NCBI GenBank assembly: GCA_002189035.1
Contig: NEEC01000348.1
Span: forward strand, 1 to 39,990
Length of the DNA stretch: 39,990 bases
Reading direction: 5' to 3'
Source of the DNA: Utricularia gibba
Taxonomy: Eukaryota; Plantae; Magnoliophyta
Part shown: one piece after another, positions 25,501 to 39,000 of the stretch
Position numbering within the stretch: the first letter of the stretch is position 1
How the letters are laid out: every line of letters starts with the position of its first letter
The notes under the pieces: model-generated
Seen by the model: the letters and a program-made list of their open reading frames with translations, nothing else
Told to the model about the DNA's origin: nothing
The model's database searches: none
Program-made: the position numbers and the translations under genes

Positions 25501-28500
25501 TGGCTTTCTCATCCACAAGATTTATATTTGAGGAGGCGCTCTCGAGGGGCACCAGGATCGGGCTGGAGGTCGGGTCGGGCTCGGCCCATAGTCATTTGTA
25601 GCCCGGCAAAAAAAGTGATCCATTTATTAACGTTGGGTTTTCGGCAGCTGCTTACATGGTTTCTGAAGGAAAAGCTTGTCGTTTTTGGGTGGGTGCTTTT
25701 GTTGGGAAGTTCGTCCGGACCCAAGGTTCGGTTCGACTCCTGAGCCCAATCGGGTCCTATTCGACGAAAATCGTGATGCATTTATTGAAGTTAGGATGTC
25801 ATGAGCACCCAAATGGTTTTCTCACCACAGCTTTTTATTTGAGGAGGCGCTCTCGAGGGGCACAGGATCGGGCCGGAGGTCATATCGAACTCGGGCCCAT
25901 AGTCATTTGTAGCCCGGCAAAAAAGTGATCCATTTATTAACGTTGGGTTTTCGGCAGCTGCCTACATTGTTTCTGAAGGAAAAGCTTGTCGTTTTTGGGT
26001 GGGTGCTTTCGTTGGGAAGTTCATCCGGACCCAAGGTTCGGTTCGACTCCTGAGCCCAATCGGGTCCTATTTCGACGAAAATCGTGATGCATTTATTGAA
26101 GTTAGGATGTCATGAGCACCCCAAATGGTTTTCTCATCCACAAGCTTTATATTTGAGGAGGCGCTCTCGAGGGGCACCAGGATCGGGCCGGAGGTCGGGT
26201 CGGGCTCGGGCCCATAGTCATTTGTAGCCCGGGAAAAAAGTGATCCATTTATTAACGTTGGGTTTTCGGCAGCTGCCTACATTGTTTCTGAAGGAAAAGC
26301 TTGTCGTTTTTTGGTGGGTGCTTTCGTTGGGAAGTTCATCCGGACCCAAGGTTCGGTTCGACTCCTGCGCCCAATCGGGTCCTATTCGACGAAAATCGTG
26401 ATGCATTTATTGAAGTTAGGATGTCATGAGCACCCCAAATGGTTTTCTCAACCACAAGCTTTTTATTTGAGGAGGCGCTCTCGAGGGGCACTAGGATCTG
26501 GCCGGAGGTCGTCGAAATCGGGCCCCATAGTCATTTGTAGCCCGGCAAAAAAAGTGATCCATTTATTAACGTTGGGTTTTCGGCAGCTGCCTACATTGTT
26601 TCTGAAGGAAAAGCTTGTCTTTTTTGGGTGGGTGCTTCGTTGGGAACTTCGTCCGGACCCAAGTTCGGTTCGACTCCTGAGCCAATCGGGTCCTATTTGA
26701 CGAAAATCGTGATGCATTTATTGAAGTTAGGATGTCATGAGCACCCCAAATGGTTTTCTCATCCACAAGCTTTATATTTGAGGAGGCGCTCTCGAGGGGC
26801 ACCAGGATCGGGCCGGAGGTCGTCGGGCTCGGGCCCATAGTCATTTGTAGCCCGGGAAAAAAAGTGATCCATTATTAACGTTGGGTTTTCGGCAGCTGCT
26901 ACATGGTTTCTGAAGGAAAAGCTTGTCGTTTTTGGTTTGGTGCTTTCATTGGGAAGTTCATCCGGACCAAGGTTCGGTTCGACTCCTGAGCCCAATCGGG
27001 TCCTATTCGACGAAAATCGTGATGCATTTTTTGAAGTTAGGATGTCATGAGCACCCCAAATGGTTTTCTCATCCACAAGCTTTATATTTGAGGAGGCGCT
27101 CTCGAGGGCACCAGGATCGGGCGGAGGTCGGGTCGGGCTCGGCCCATAGTCATTTGTAGCCCGGAAAAAAAGTGATCCATTTATTAACGTTGGGTTTTCG
27201 GCAGCTGCTTACATGGTTTCTGAAGGAAAAGCTTGTCGTTTTTGGGGGGTGCTTTTTTTGGAAGTTCGTCCGGACCCAAGGTTCGGTTCGACTCCTGAGC
27301 CAATCGGGTCCTATTCGACGAAAATCGTGATGCATTTATTGAAGTTAGGATGTCATGAGCACCCCAAATGGTTTTCTCATCCACAAGCTTTTATTGAGGA
27401 GGCGCTCGAGGGGCACTAGGATGGGCCGGAGGTCGGTCGAACTCGGCCCATAGTCATTTGTAGCCCGGCAAAAAAAGTGATCCATTTATTAACGTTGGTT
27501 TTCGGCAGCTGCCTACATTGTTTCTGAAGGAAAAGCTTGTCGTTTTTGGGTGGGTGCTTTCGTTGGGAAGTTCATCCGACCCAAGGTTCGGTTCGACTCC
27601 TGAGCCCAATCGGGTCCTATTGACGAAAATCGTGATGCATTTATTGAAGTTAGGATGTCATGAGCACCCCAAATGGTTTCTCATCCACAAGCTTTATATT
27701 TGAGGAGGCGCTCTCGAGGGGCACCAGGATCGGGCGGAGGTCAGGTCGGGCTCGGGCCCATAGTCATTTGTAGCCCGGGAAAAAAGTGATCCATTTATTA
27801 ACGTTGGGTTTTCGGCAGCTGCCTACATTGTTTCTGAAGGAAAAGCTTGTCGTTTTTTGGTGGGTGCTTTCGTTGGGAAGTTCATCCGGACCCAAGGTTC
27901 GGTTCGACTCCTGCGCCCAATCGGGTCCTATTCAACGAAAATCGTGATGCATTTATTGAAGTTAGGATGTCATGAGCACCCCAAATGGTTTTCCAACCAC
28001 AACTTTTTATTTGAGGAGGCGCTCTCGAGGGGCACTAGGATCTGGCCGGAGGTCTTGTCGAATCGGGCCCATAGTCATTTGTAGCCCGGCAAAAAAAGTG
28101 ATCCATTTATTAACGTTGGGTTTTCGGCAGCTGCCTACATTGTTTCTGAAGGAAAAGCTTGTCTTTTTTGGTGGGTGCTTCGTTGGGAACTTCGTCCAGA
28201 CCCAAGTTTCGTTCGACTCCTGAGCCAATCAGGTCCTATTTGACGAAAATCGTGATGCATTTATTGAAGTTAGGATGTCATGAGCACCCAAATGGTTTTC
28301 TCATCCACAAGCTTTATATTTGAGGAGGGCTCTCGAGGGGCACCAGGATCGGGCCGGAGGTCAGGTCGGGCTCGGGCCCATAGTCATTTGTAGCCCGGGA
28401 AAAAAAGTGATCCATTTATTAACGTTGGGTTTTCGGCAGCTGCTTACATGTTTCTGAAGGAAAAGCTTGTCGTTTTTGGGGTGCTTTCGTTGGGAAGTTC

Positions 28501-30248
28501 ATCCGGACCCAAGGTTCGGTTCGACTCCTGAGCCCAATCGGGTCCTATTCAACGAAAATCGTGATGCATTTTTGAAGTTAGGATGTCATGGCACCCCAAA
28601 TGGTTTTCTCATCCACAAATTTATATTTGAGGAGGCGCTCTCGAGGGGCACCAGGATCGGGCGGAGGTCGGGTCGGGCTCGGGCCCATAGTCATTTGTAG
28701 CCCGGCAAAAAAAGTGATCCATTTATTAACGTTGGGTTTTCGGCAGCTGCTTACATGGTTTCTGAAGGAAAAGCTTGTCGTTTTTGGTGGGTGCTTTTTG
28801 TTGGAAGTTCATCCGGACCCAAGGTTCGGTTCGACTCCTGAGCCAATCGGGTCCTATTCAACGAAAATCGTGATGCATTTATTGAAGTTAGGATGTCATG
28901 AGCACCCCAAATGGTTTTCTCAACCACAGCTTTTTTATTTGAGGAGGCGCTCTCGAGGGGCACTAGGATCGGGCCGGAGGTCATATCGCTCGGGCCCATA
29001 GTCATTTGTAGCCCGGCAAAAAAAGTGATCCATTTATTAACGTTGGGTTTTCGGCAGCTGCCTACATGGTTTCTGAAGGAAAAGCTTGTCTTTTTTGGGT
29101 GGGTGCTTCGTTGGGAACTTCGTCCGGACCCAAGGTTCGGTTCGACTCCTGAGCCAATCGGTCCTATTCGACGAAAATCGTGATGCATTTATTGAAGTTA
29201 GGATGTCATGAGCACCCCAAATGGTTTTCTCATCCACAAGCTTTATATTTGAGGAGGCGCTCTCGAGGGCACAGGATCGGGCGGAGGTCGGTCGGGCTCG
29301 GGCCCATAGTCATTTGTAGCCCGGGAAAAAAAGTGATCCATTATTAACGTTGGGTTTTCGGCAGCTGCCTACATTGTTTCTGAAGGAAAAGCTTGTCGTT
29401 TTTTGGTGGGTGCTTTCGTTGGGAAGTTCATCCGGACCCAAGGTTCGGTTCGACTCCTGAGCCCAATCGGGTCCTATTCAACGAAAATCGTGATGCATTT
29501 ATTGAAGTTTCATGAGCACCCAAATGGTTTCTCAACCACAGCTTTTATTTGAGGAGGCGCTCTCGAGGGGCACAGGATCGGCCGAGGTCGTCGAAATCGG
29601 GCCCATAGTCATTTGTAGCCCGGCAAAAAAGTGATCCATTTATTAACGTTGGGTTTTCGGCAGCTGCCTACATGTTCTCAGGAAAAGCTTGTCTTTTTGG
29701 TGGGTGCTTCGTTGGGAACTTCGTCCGACCCAAGTTCGGTTCGACTCCTGAGCCAAATCGGGTCCTATTTGACGAAAATCGTGATGCATTTATTGAAGTT
29801 AGGATGTCATGAGCACCCCAAATGGTTTTCTCATCCACAAGCTTTATATTTGAGGAGCGCTCTCGAGGGGCACCAGGATCGGGCCGGAGGTCAGGTCGGG
29901 CTCGGGCCCATAGTCATTTGTAGCCCGGGAAAAAAAGTGATCCATTTATTAACGTTGGGTTTTCGGCAGCTGCTACATGTTTCTGAAGGAAAAGCTTGTC
30001 GTTTTTGGTTTGGTGCTTTCATTGGGAAGTTCATCCGGACCAAGGTTCGGTTCGACTCCTGAGCCCAATCGGGTCCTATTCAACAAAAATCAACATGCAT
30101 TTTTTTGAAGTTAGGATGTCATGAGCACCCCAAATGGCTTTCTCATCCACAAGCTTTATATTTGAGGAGGCGCTCTCGAGGGGCACCAGGATCGGGCGGA
30201 GGTCGGTCGGGCTCGGGCCCATAGTCATTTGTAGCCCGGCAAAAAAAG
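22516..30248 (+). repeat. 5-monomer HOR (B-half order X-Y-W-Y-Z) x5, ~1.55-kb period
   Basis: Unit starts are 22516, 24075, 25616, 27173 and 28715. W-type B halves (tcgaa(a)tc) lie in monomers 23138, 24696, 26241, 27787 and 29334. A3-type monomers are at 23762, 25306, 26865, 28408 and 29938. The first monomers at 25616, 27173 and 28715 share cttacatgg plus a gctttt variant in place of gctttcg. Confidence 0.8.
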
Positions 30249-33002
30249 TGATCCATTTATTAACGTTGGGTTTTCGGCAGCTGCCTACATTGTTTCTGAA
30301 GGAAAAGCTTGTCGTTTTTGGGTGGGTGCTTTCGTTGGGAAGTTCATCCGGACCCAAGGTTCGGTTCGACTCCTGCGCCCAATCGGGTCCTATTCAACGA
30401 AAATCGTGATGCATTTATTGAAGTTAGGATGTCATGAGCACCCCAAATGGTTTTCTCATCCACAAGCTTTATATTTGAGGAGGCGCTCTCGAGGGGCACT
30501 AGGATCGGGCCGGAGGTCGTCTCGGGCCCATAGTCATTTGTAGCCCGGCAAAAAAAGTGATCCATTTATTAACGTTGGGTTTTCGGCAGCTGCCTACATT
30601 GTTTCTGAAGGAAAAGCTTGTCGTTTTTTTGGTGGGTGCTTTCGTTGGGAAGTTCATCCGGACCCAAGGTTCGGTTCGACTCCTGCCCAATCGGGTCCTA
30701 TTCAACGAAAATCGTGATGCATTTATTGAAGTTAGGATGTCATGAGCACCCCAAATGGTTTTCTCAACCACAACTTTTATTTGAGGAGGCGCTCTCGAGG
30801 GGCACTAGGATCTGGCCGGAGGTCGTCGAAATCGGGCCCATAGTCATTTGTAGCCCGGCAAAAAAAGTGATCCATTTATTAACGTTGGGTTTTCGGCAGC
30901 TGCCTACATTGTTTCTGAAGGAAAAGCTTGTCTTTTTGGGTGGGTGCTTCGTTGGGAAGTTCGTCCGACCCAAGTTTCGGTTCGACTCCTGAGCCAATCG
31001 GGTACTATTGACGAAAATCGTGATGCATTTATTGAAGTTAGGATGTCATGAGCACCCCAAATGGTTTTCTCATCCACAAGCTTTATATTTGAGGAGGCGC
31101 TCTCGAGGGGCACCAGGATCGGGCCGGAGGTCAGGTCGGGCTCGGGCCCATAGTCATTTGTAGCCCGGGAAAAAAGTGATCCATTTATTAACGTTGGGTT
31201 TTCGGCAGCTGCTACATGGTTTCTGAAGGAAAAGCTTGTCGTTTTTGGTGGTGCTTTCATTGGAAGTTCATCCGGACCAAGGTTCGGTTCGACTCCTGAG
31301 CCCAATCGGGTCCTATTCAACAAAAATCAACATGCATTTTTTTGAAGTTAGGATGTCATGAGCACCCCAAATGGTTTTCTCATCCACAAGATTTATATTT
31401 GAGGAGGCGCTCTCGAGGGGCACCAGGATCGGGCGGAGGTCGGGTCGGGCTCGGCCCATAGTCATTTGTAGCCCGGCAAAAAAAGTGATCCATTTATTAA
31501 CGTTGGGTTTTCGGCAGCTGCCTACATTGTTTCTGAAGGAAAAGCTTGTCGTTTTTTGGTGGGTGCTTTCGTTGGGAAGTTCATCCGGACCCAAGGTTCG
31601 GTTCGACTCCTGCGCCCAATCGGTCCTATTCAACGAAAATCGTGATGCATTTATTGAAGTTAGGATGTCATGAGCACCCAAATGGTTTTCTCAACCACAT
31701 GCTTTTATTTGAGGAGGCGCTCTCGAGGGGCACTAGGATCGGGCCGAGGTCATATCGAACTCGGGCCATAGTCATTTGTAGCCCGGCAAAAAAGTGATCC
31801 ATTTATTAACGTTGGGTTTTCGGCAGCTGCCTACATGGTTTCTGAAGGAAAAGCTTGTCTTTTTTGGTGGGTGCTTCGTTGGGAACTTCGTCCAGACCCA
31901 AGTTTCGGTTCGACTCCTGAGCCAAATCAGGTACTATTTGACGAAAATCGTGATGCATTTATTGAAGTTAGGATGTCATGAGCACCCCAAATGGTTTTCT
32001 CATCCACAAGCTTTATATTTGAGGAGGCGCTCTCGAGGGGCACCAGGATCGGCCGGAGGTCAGGTCGGGCTCGGGCCCATAGTCATTTGTAGCCCGGGAA
32101 AAAAAGTGATCCATTTATTAACGTTGGGTTTTCGGCAGCTGCTTACATGGTTTCTGAAGGAAAAGCTTGTCGGTGGTGCTTTCGGAAGTTCATCCGGACC
32201 AAGGTTCGGTTCGACTCCTGAGCCCAATCGGGTCCTATTCAACAAAAATCAACATGCATTTTTTGAAGTTAGGATGTCATGAGCACCCCAAATGGTTTCT
32301 CATCCACAAGATTTATATTTGAGGAGGCGCTCTCGAGGGGCACCAGGATCGGGCGGAGGTCGGGTCGGGCTCGGGCCCATAGTCATTTGTAGCCCGGCAA
32401 AAAAAGTGATCCATTATTAACGTTGGGTTTTCGGCAGCTGCCTACATTGTTTCTGAAGGAAAAGCTTGTCGTTTTTGGGGTGCTTTCGTTGGGAAGTTCA
32501 TCCGGACCCAAGGTTCGGTTCGACTCCTGCCCCAATCGGGTCCTATTCAACGAAAATCGTGATGCATTTATTGAAGTTAGGATGTCATGAGCACCCCAAA
32601 TGGTTTTCTCAACCACATGCTTTTTATTTGAGGAGGCGCTCTCGAGGGGCACTAGGATCGGGCCGGAGGTCCGAAATCGGGGGTGTAAAAAAAAAGTGAT
32701 CCATTTATTAACGTTGGGTTTTCGGCAACTGCCTACATTGTTTCTGAAGGAAAAGCTTGTCTTTTTTGGTGGTGCTTCGTTGGGAACTTCGTCCGGACCC
32801 AAGTTCGGTTCGACTCCTGAGCCAAATCGGGTCCTATTTGACGAAAATCGTGATGCATTTATTGAAGTTAGGATGTCATGAGCACCCCAAATGGTTTTCT
32901 CATCCACAAGCTTTATATTTGAGGAGGCGCTCTCGAGGGGCACCAGGATCGGGCCGGAGGTCAGGGCGCTCGGGCCCATAGTCATTTGTAGCCCAAAAAA
33001 AG

Positions 33003-36000
33003 TGATCCATTTATTAACGTTGGGTTTTCGGCAGCTGCCTACATTGTTTCTGAAGGAAAAGCTTGTCGTTTTTGGGTGGGTGCTTTCGGGAATCCGGACC
33101 CAAGGTTCGGTTCGACTCCTGAGCCCAATCGGGTCCTATTCGACGAAAATCGTGATGCATTTATTCAAGTTAGGATGTCATGAGCACCCCAAATGGTTTT
33201 CTCAACACAAGCTTTTATTTGAGGAGGCGCTCTCGAGGGGCACAGGATCTGGCCGGAGGTCGGGTCGGGCTCGGGCCCATAGTCATTTGTAGCCCGGCAA
33301 AAAAAGTGATCCATTTATTAACGTTGGGTTTTCGGCAGCTGCCTACATGGTTTCTGAAGGAAAAGCTTGTCGTTTTTGGGTGGGTGCTTTTGTTGGAAGT
33401 TCGTCCGGACCCAAGGTTCGGTTCGACTCCTGGCCCAATCGGGTCCTATTCGACGAAAATCGTGATGCATTTTTGAAGTTAGGATGTCATGAGCACCCCA
33501 AATGGTTTTCTCAACCACATGCTTTTTATTTGAGGAGGCGCTCTCGAGGGCACTAGGATTGGGCCGGAGGTCATATCGAACTCGGCCCATAGTCATTTGT
33601 AGCCCGGCAAAAAAAGTGATCCATTTATTAACGTTGGGTTTTCGCAGCTGCCTACATTGTTTTTGAAGGAAAAGCTTGTCGTTTTTGGTGGGTGCTTTCG
33701 TTGGGAAGTTCATCCGGACCCAAGGTTCGTTCGACTCCTGAGCCCAATCGGGTCCTATTCGACGAAAATCGTGATGCATTTATTGAAGTTAGGATGTCAT
33801 GAGCACCCAAATGGTTTTCTCATCCACAAGCTTTATATTTGAGGAGGCGCTCTCGAGGGGCACAGGATCGGGCCGGAGGTCGGGTCGGGCTCGGGCCCAT
33901 AGTCATTTGTAGCCCGGCAAAAAAAGTGATCCATTTATTAACGTTGGGTTTTCGGCAGCTGCCTACATTGTTTCTGAAGGAAAAGCTTGTCGTTTTTGGT
34001 GGGTGCTTTCGTTGGGAAGTTCATCCGGACCCAAGGTTCTGTTCGACTCCTGAGCCCAATCGGGTCCTATTCGACGAAAATCGTGATGCATTTATTGAAG
34101 TTAGGATGTCATGAGCACCCCAAATGGTTTTCTCAACCAAGCTTTTTATTTGAGAGGCGCTCTCGAGGGGCACTAGGATTGGGCCGGAGGTCGTCGAACT
34201 CGGGCCCATAGTCATTTGTAGCCCGGCAAAAAAAGTGATCCATTATTAACGGGTTTTCGGCAGCTGCCTACATGTTTCTGAAGGAAAAGCTTGTCGTTTT
34301 TGGTGGGTGCTTTCGTTGGAAGTTCATCCGGACCCAAGGTTCGGTTCGACTCCTGAGCCCGATCGGGTCCTATTCGACGAAAATCGTGATGCATTTATTG
34401 AAGTTAGGATGTCATGAGCACCCAAATGGTTTTCTCAACCACATGCTTTTTATTTGAGGAGGCGCTCTCGAGGGGCACTAGGATCGGGCCGGAGGTCTTG
34501 TCGAAATCGGCCCATAGTCATTTGTAGCCCGGCAAAAAAAAGTGATCCATTTATTAACGTTGGGTTTTCGGCAGCTGCCTACATGGTTTCTCAGGAAAAG
34601 CTTGTCGTTTTTTGGGTGGTGCTTTCGTTGGGAACTTCGTCCAGACCCAAGTTTCGGTTCGACTCCTGAGCCAAATCAGGTACTATTTTGACGAAAATCG
34701 TGATGCATTTATTGAAGTTAGGATGTCATGAGCACCCCAAATGGTTTTCTCAACCACAGCTTTATTTGAGGAGGCGCTCTCGAGGGGCACCAGGATCGGG
34801 CGGATGGCTCGGGCCATAGTCATTTGTAGCCCGGGAAAAAAAGTGATCCATTTATTAACGTTGGGTTTTCGGCAGCTGCTTACATTGGTTTCTGAAGGAA
34901 AAGCTTGTCGTTTTTTGTGGGTGCTTTCGTTGGGAAGTTCATCCGGACCCAAGGTTCTGTTCGACTCCTGAGCCCGATCGGGTCCTATTCGACGAAAATC
35001 GTGATGCATTTTATTGAAGTTAGGATGTCATGAGCACCCCAAATGGTTTCTCATCCACAAGCTTTATATTTGAGGAGGCGCTCTCGAGGGGCACCAGGAT
35101 CGGGCCGGAGGTCGGGTCGGGCTCGGGCCCATAGTCATTTGTAGCCCGGCAAAAAAAATGATCCATTTATTAACGTTGGGTTTTCGGCAGCTGCCTACAT
35201 GGTTTCTGAAGGAAAAGCTTGTCGTTTTTGGTTGGGTGCTTTCATTGGGAAGTTCCGGACCCAAGGTTCGGTTCGACTCCTGAGCCCAATCGGGTCCTAT
35301 TCGACGAAAATCGTGATGCATTTATTGAAGTTAGGATGTCATGAGCACCCCAAATGGTTTTCTCAACAAAGCTTTATATTTGAGGAAGCGCTCTCGAGGG
35401 GCACCGGATCGGGCCGGAGGTCAGGTCGGGCTCGGGCCTATAGTCATTTGTAGCCCGGGAAAAAAAAGTGATCCATTTATTCAATTGGGTTTTCGGCAGC
35501 TGCCTACATTGTTTCTGAAGGAAAAGCTTGTCGTTTTTGGGTGGGTGCTTTCGTTGGGAAGTTCGTCCGGACCCAAGTTTTGTTCGACTCCTGAGCCCGA
35601 TCGGGTCCTATTCGACAAAAATCGTGATGCATTTATTGAAGTTAGGATGTCATGAGCACCCCAAATGGTTTTCTCAACCACATGCTTTTATTTGAGGAGG
35701 CGCTCTCGAGGGGCACTAGGATCGGCCGGAGGTCATATCGAACTCGGGCCCATAGTCATTTGTAGCCCGGCAAAAAAGTGATCCATTATTAACGTTGGGT
35801 TTTCGGCAGCTGCCTACATGGTTTCTGAAGGAAAAGCTTGTCTTTTTTGGGGTGCTTTCGTTGGAAGTTCATCCGACCCAAGGTTCGGTTCGACTCCTGA
35901 GCCAATCGGGTCCTATTCGACGAAAATCGTGATGCATTTATTGAAGTTAGGATGTCATGAGCACCCCAAATGGTTTTCCACAAGCTTTTTATTTGAGGAG

Positions 36001-39000
36001 GCGCTCTCGAGGGGCACTAGGATCTGGCCGGAGGTCGGTCGAAATCGGGCCCATAGTCATTTGTAGCCCGGCAAAAAAAGTGATCCATTTATTAACGTTG
36101 GGTTTTCGGCAGCTGCCTACATGGTTTCTGAAGGAAAAGCTTGTCGTTTTTGGGTGGGTGCTTTCGTTGGGAAGTTCATCCGGACCCAAGGTTCTGTTCG
36201 ACTCCTGAGCCCAATCGGGTCCTATTCGACGAAAATCGTGATGCATTTATTGAAGTTAGGATGTCATGAGCACCCCAAATGGTTTTCTCAACCACATGCT
36301 TTTATTTGAGGAGCGCTCTCGAGGGGCACTAGGATTGGGCCGGAGGTCATATCGAACTCGGGCCCATAGTCATTTGTAGCCCGGCAAAAAAAGTGATCCA
36401 TTTATTAACGTTGGGTTTTCGGCAGCTGCCTACATGGTTTCTGAAGGAAAAGCTTGTCTTTTTGGGTGGGTGCTTCGTTGGGAAGTTCGTCCGGACCCAA
36501 GTTTCGGTTCGACTCCTGAGCCAATCGGTCCTATTTGACGAAAATCGTGATGCATTTATTGAAGTTAGGATGTCATGAGCACCCAAATGGTTTTCTCAAC
36601 AAAGCTTTATATTTGAGGAAGCGCTCTCGAGGGGCACCAGGATCGGGCGGAGGTCAGGTCGGGCTCGGGCCATAGTCATTTGTAGCCCGGAAAAAAGTGA
36701 TCCATTTATTAATTGGGTTTTCGGCAGCTGCCTACATTGTTTCTGAAGGAAAAGCTTGTCGTTTTTGGGTGGGTGCTTTCGTTGGGAAGTTCGTCCGGAC
36801 CCAAGTTCTGTTCGACTCCTGAGGCCGATCGGGTCCTATTCGACAAAAATCGTGATGCATTTATTGAAGTTAGGATGTCATGAGCACCCCAAATGGTTTT
36901 CTCAACCACATGCTTTTATTTGAGGAGGCGCTCTCGAGGGGCATTAGGATCGGGCCGGAGGTCATATCGAACTCGGGCCCATAGTCATTTGTAGCCCGGC
37001 AAAAAAAGTGATCCATTAATTAACGTTGGGTTTTCGGCAGCTGCCTACATGGTTTCTGAAGGAAAAGCTTGTCTTTTTGGGTGGGTGCTTTCGTTGGAAG
37101 TTCATCCGAACCCAAGGTTCTGTTCGACTCCTGAGCCAATCGGGTCCTATTCGACGAAAATCGTGATGCATTTATTGAAGTTAGGATGTCATGAGCACCC
37201 CAAATGGTTTTCTCAACAAAGCTTTATATTTGAGGAAGCGCTCTCGAGGGGCACCGGATCGGGCGGAGGTCGGTCGGGCTCGGGCCATAGTCATTTGTAG
37301 CCCGGGAAAAAAGTGATCCATTTATTAATTGGGTTTTCGGCAGCTGCCTACATTGTTTCTGAAGGAAAAGCTTGTCGTTTTTGGGTGGGTGCTTTCGTTG
37401 GGAAGTTCATCCGGACCCAAGGTTCTGTTCGACTCCTGAGCCATCGGGTCCTATTCGACGAAAATCGTGATGCATTTATTGAAGTTAGGATGTCATGAGC
37501 ACCCAAATGGTTTTCTCAACCACATGCTTTTTATTTGAGGAGCGCTCTCGAGGGCACTAGGATCGGGCCGGAGGTCATATCGAACTCGGGCCATAGTCAT
37601 TTGTAGCCCGGCAAAAAAAGTGATCCATTTATTAACGTTGGGTTTTCGGCAGCTGCCTACATGTTTCTGAAGGAAAAGCTTGTCGTTTTTGGGTGGGTGC
37701 TTCGTTGGGAACTTCGTCCAGACCCAAGTTTCGGTTCGACTCCTGAGCCAATCGGGTCCTATTTGACGAAAATCGTGATGCATTTATTGAAGTTAGGATG
37801 TCATGAGCACCCCAAATGGTTTTCTCATCCACAAGCTTTATATTTGAGGAGGCGCTCTCGAGGGCACCAGGATCGGGCCGGAGGTCGGGTCGGGCTCGGG
37901 CCCATAGTCATTTGTAGCCCGGGAAAAAAAGTGATCCATTTATTAACGTTGGGTTTTCGGCAGCTGCTTACATGGTTTCTGAAGGAAAAGCTTGTCGTTT
38001 TTGGTTGGTGCTTTCATTGGGAAGTTCATCCGGACCAAGGTTCGGTTCGACTCCTGAGCCCAATCGGTCCTATTCGACAAAAATCAACATGCATTTTTGA
38101 AGTTAGGATGTCATGAGCACCCCAAATGGTTTCTCATCCACAATTTATATTTGAGGAGGCGCTCTCGAGGGGCACCAGGATCGGGCTGGAGGGTCGGGTC
38201 GGGCTCGGGCCCATAGTCATTTGTAGCCCGGCAAAAAAAGTGATCCATTTATTAACGTTGGGTTTTCGGCAGCTGCCTACATTGTTTCTGAAGGAAAAGC
38301 TTGTCGTTTTTGGTGGGTGCTTTCGTTGGGAAGTTCATCCGGACCCAAGGTTCGGTTCGACTCCTGCCCCAATCGGGTCCTATTCAACGAAAATCGTGAT
38401 GCATTTATTGAAGTTAGGATGTCATGAGCACCCCAAATGGTTTTCTCAACCACAAGCTTTTTATTTGAGGAGGCGCTCTCGAGGGCACTAGGATCTGGCC
38501 GGAGGTGTCGCTCGGGCCCATAGTCATTTGTAGCCCGGCAAAAAAAGTGATCCATTTATTAACGTTGGGTTTTCGGCAGCTGCCTACATGTTTCTGAAGG
38601 AAAAGCTTGTCTTTTTTGGGTTGGTGCTTCGTTGGGAACTTCGTCCGGACCCAAGTTTCGGTTCGACTCCTGAGCCAATCGGTCTATTTGACGAAAATCG
38701 TGATGCATTTATTGAAGTTAGGATGTCATGAGCACCCCAAATGGTTTTCTCATCCACAAGCTTTATATTTGAGGAGGCGCTCTCGAGGGGCACCAGGATC
38801 GGGCGGAGGTCGGTCGGCTCGGGCCATAGTCATTTGTAGCCCGGGAAAAAAAGTGATCCATTTATTAACGTTGGTTTTCGGCAGCTGCCTACATTGTTTC
38901 TGAAGGAAAAGCTTGTCGTTTTTGGGTGGGTGCTTTCGTTGGGAAGTTCATCCGGACCCAAGGTTCGGTTCGACTCCTGAGCCAATCGGGTCCTATTCGA

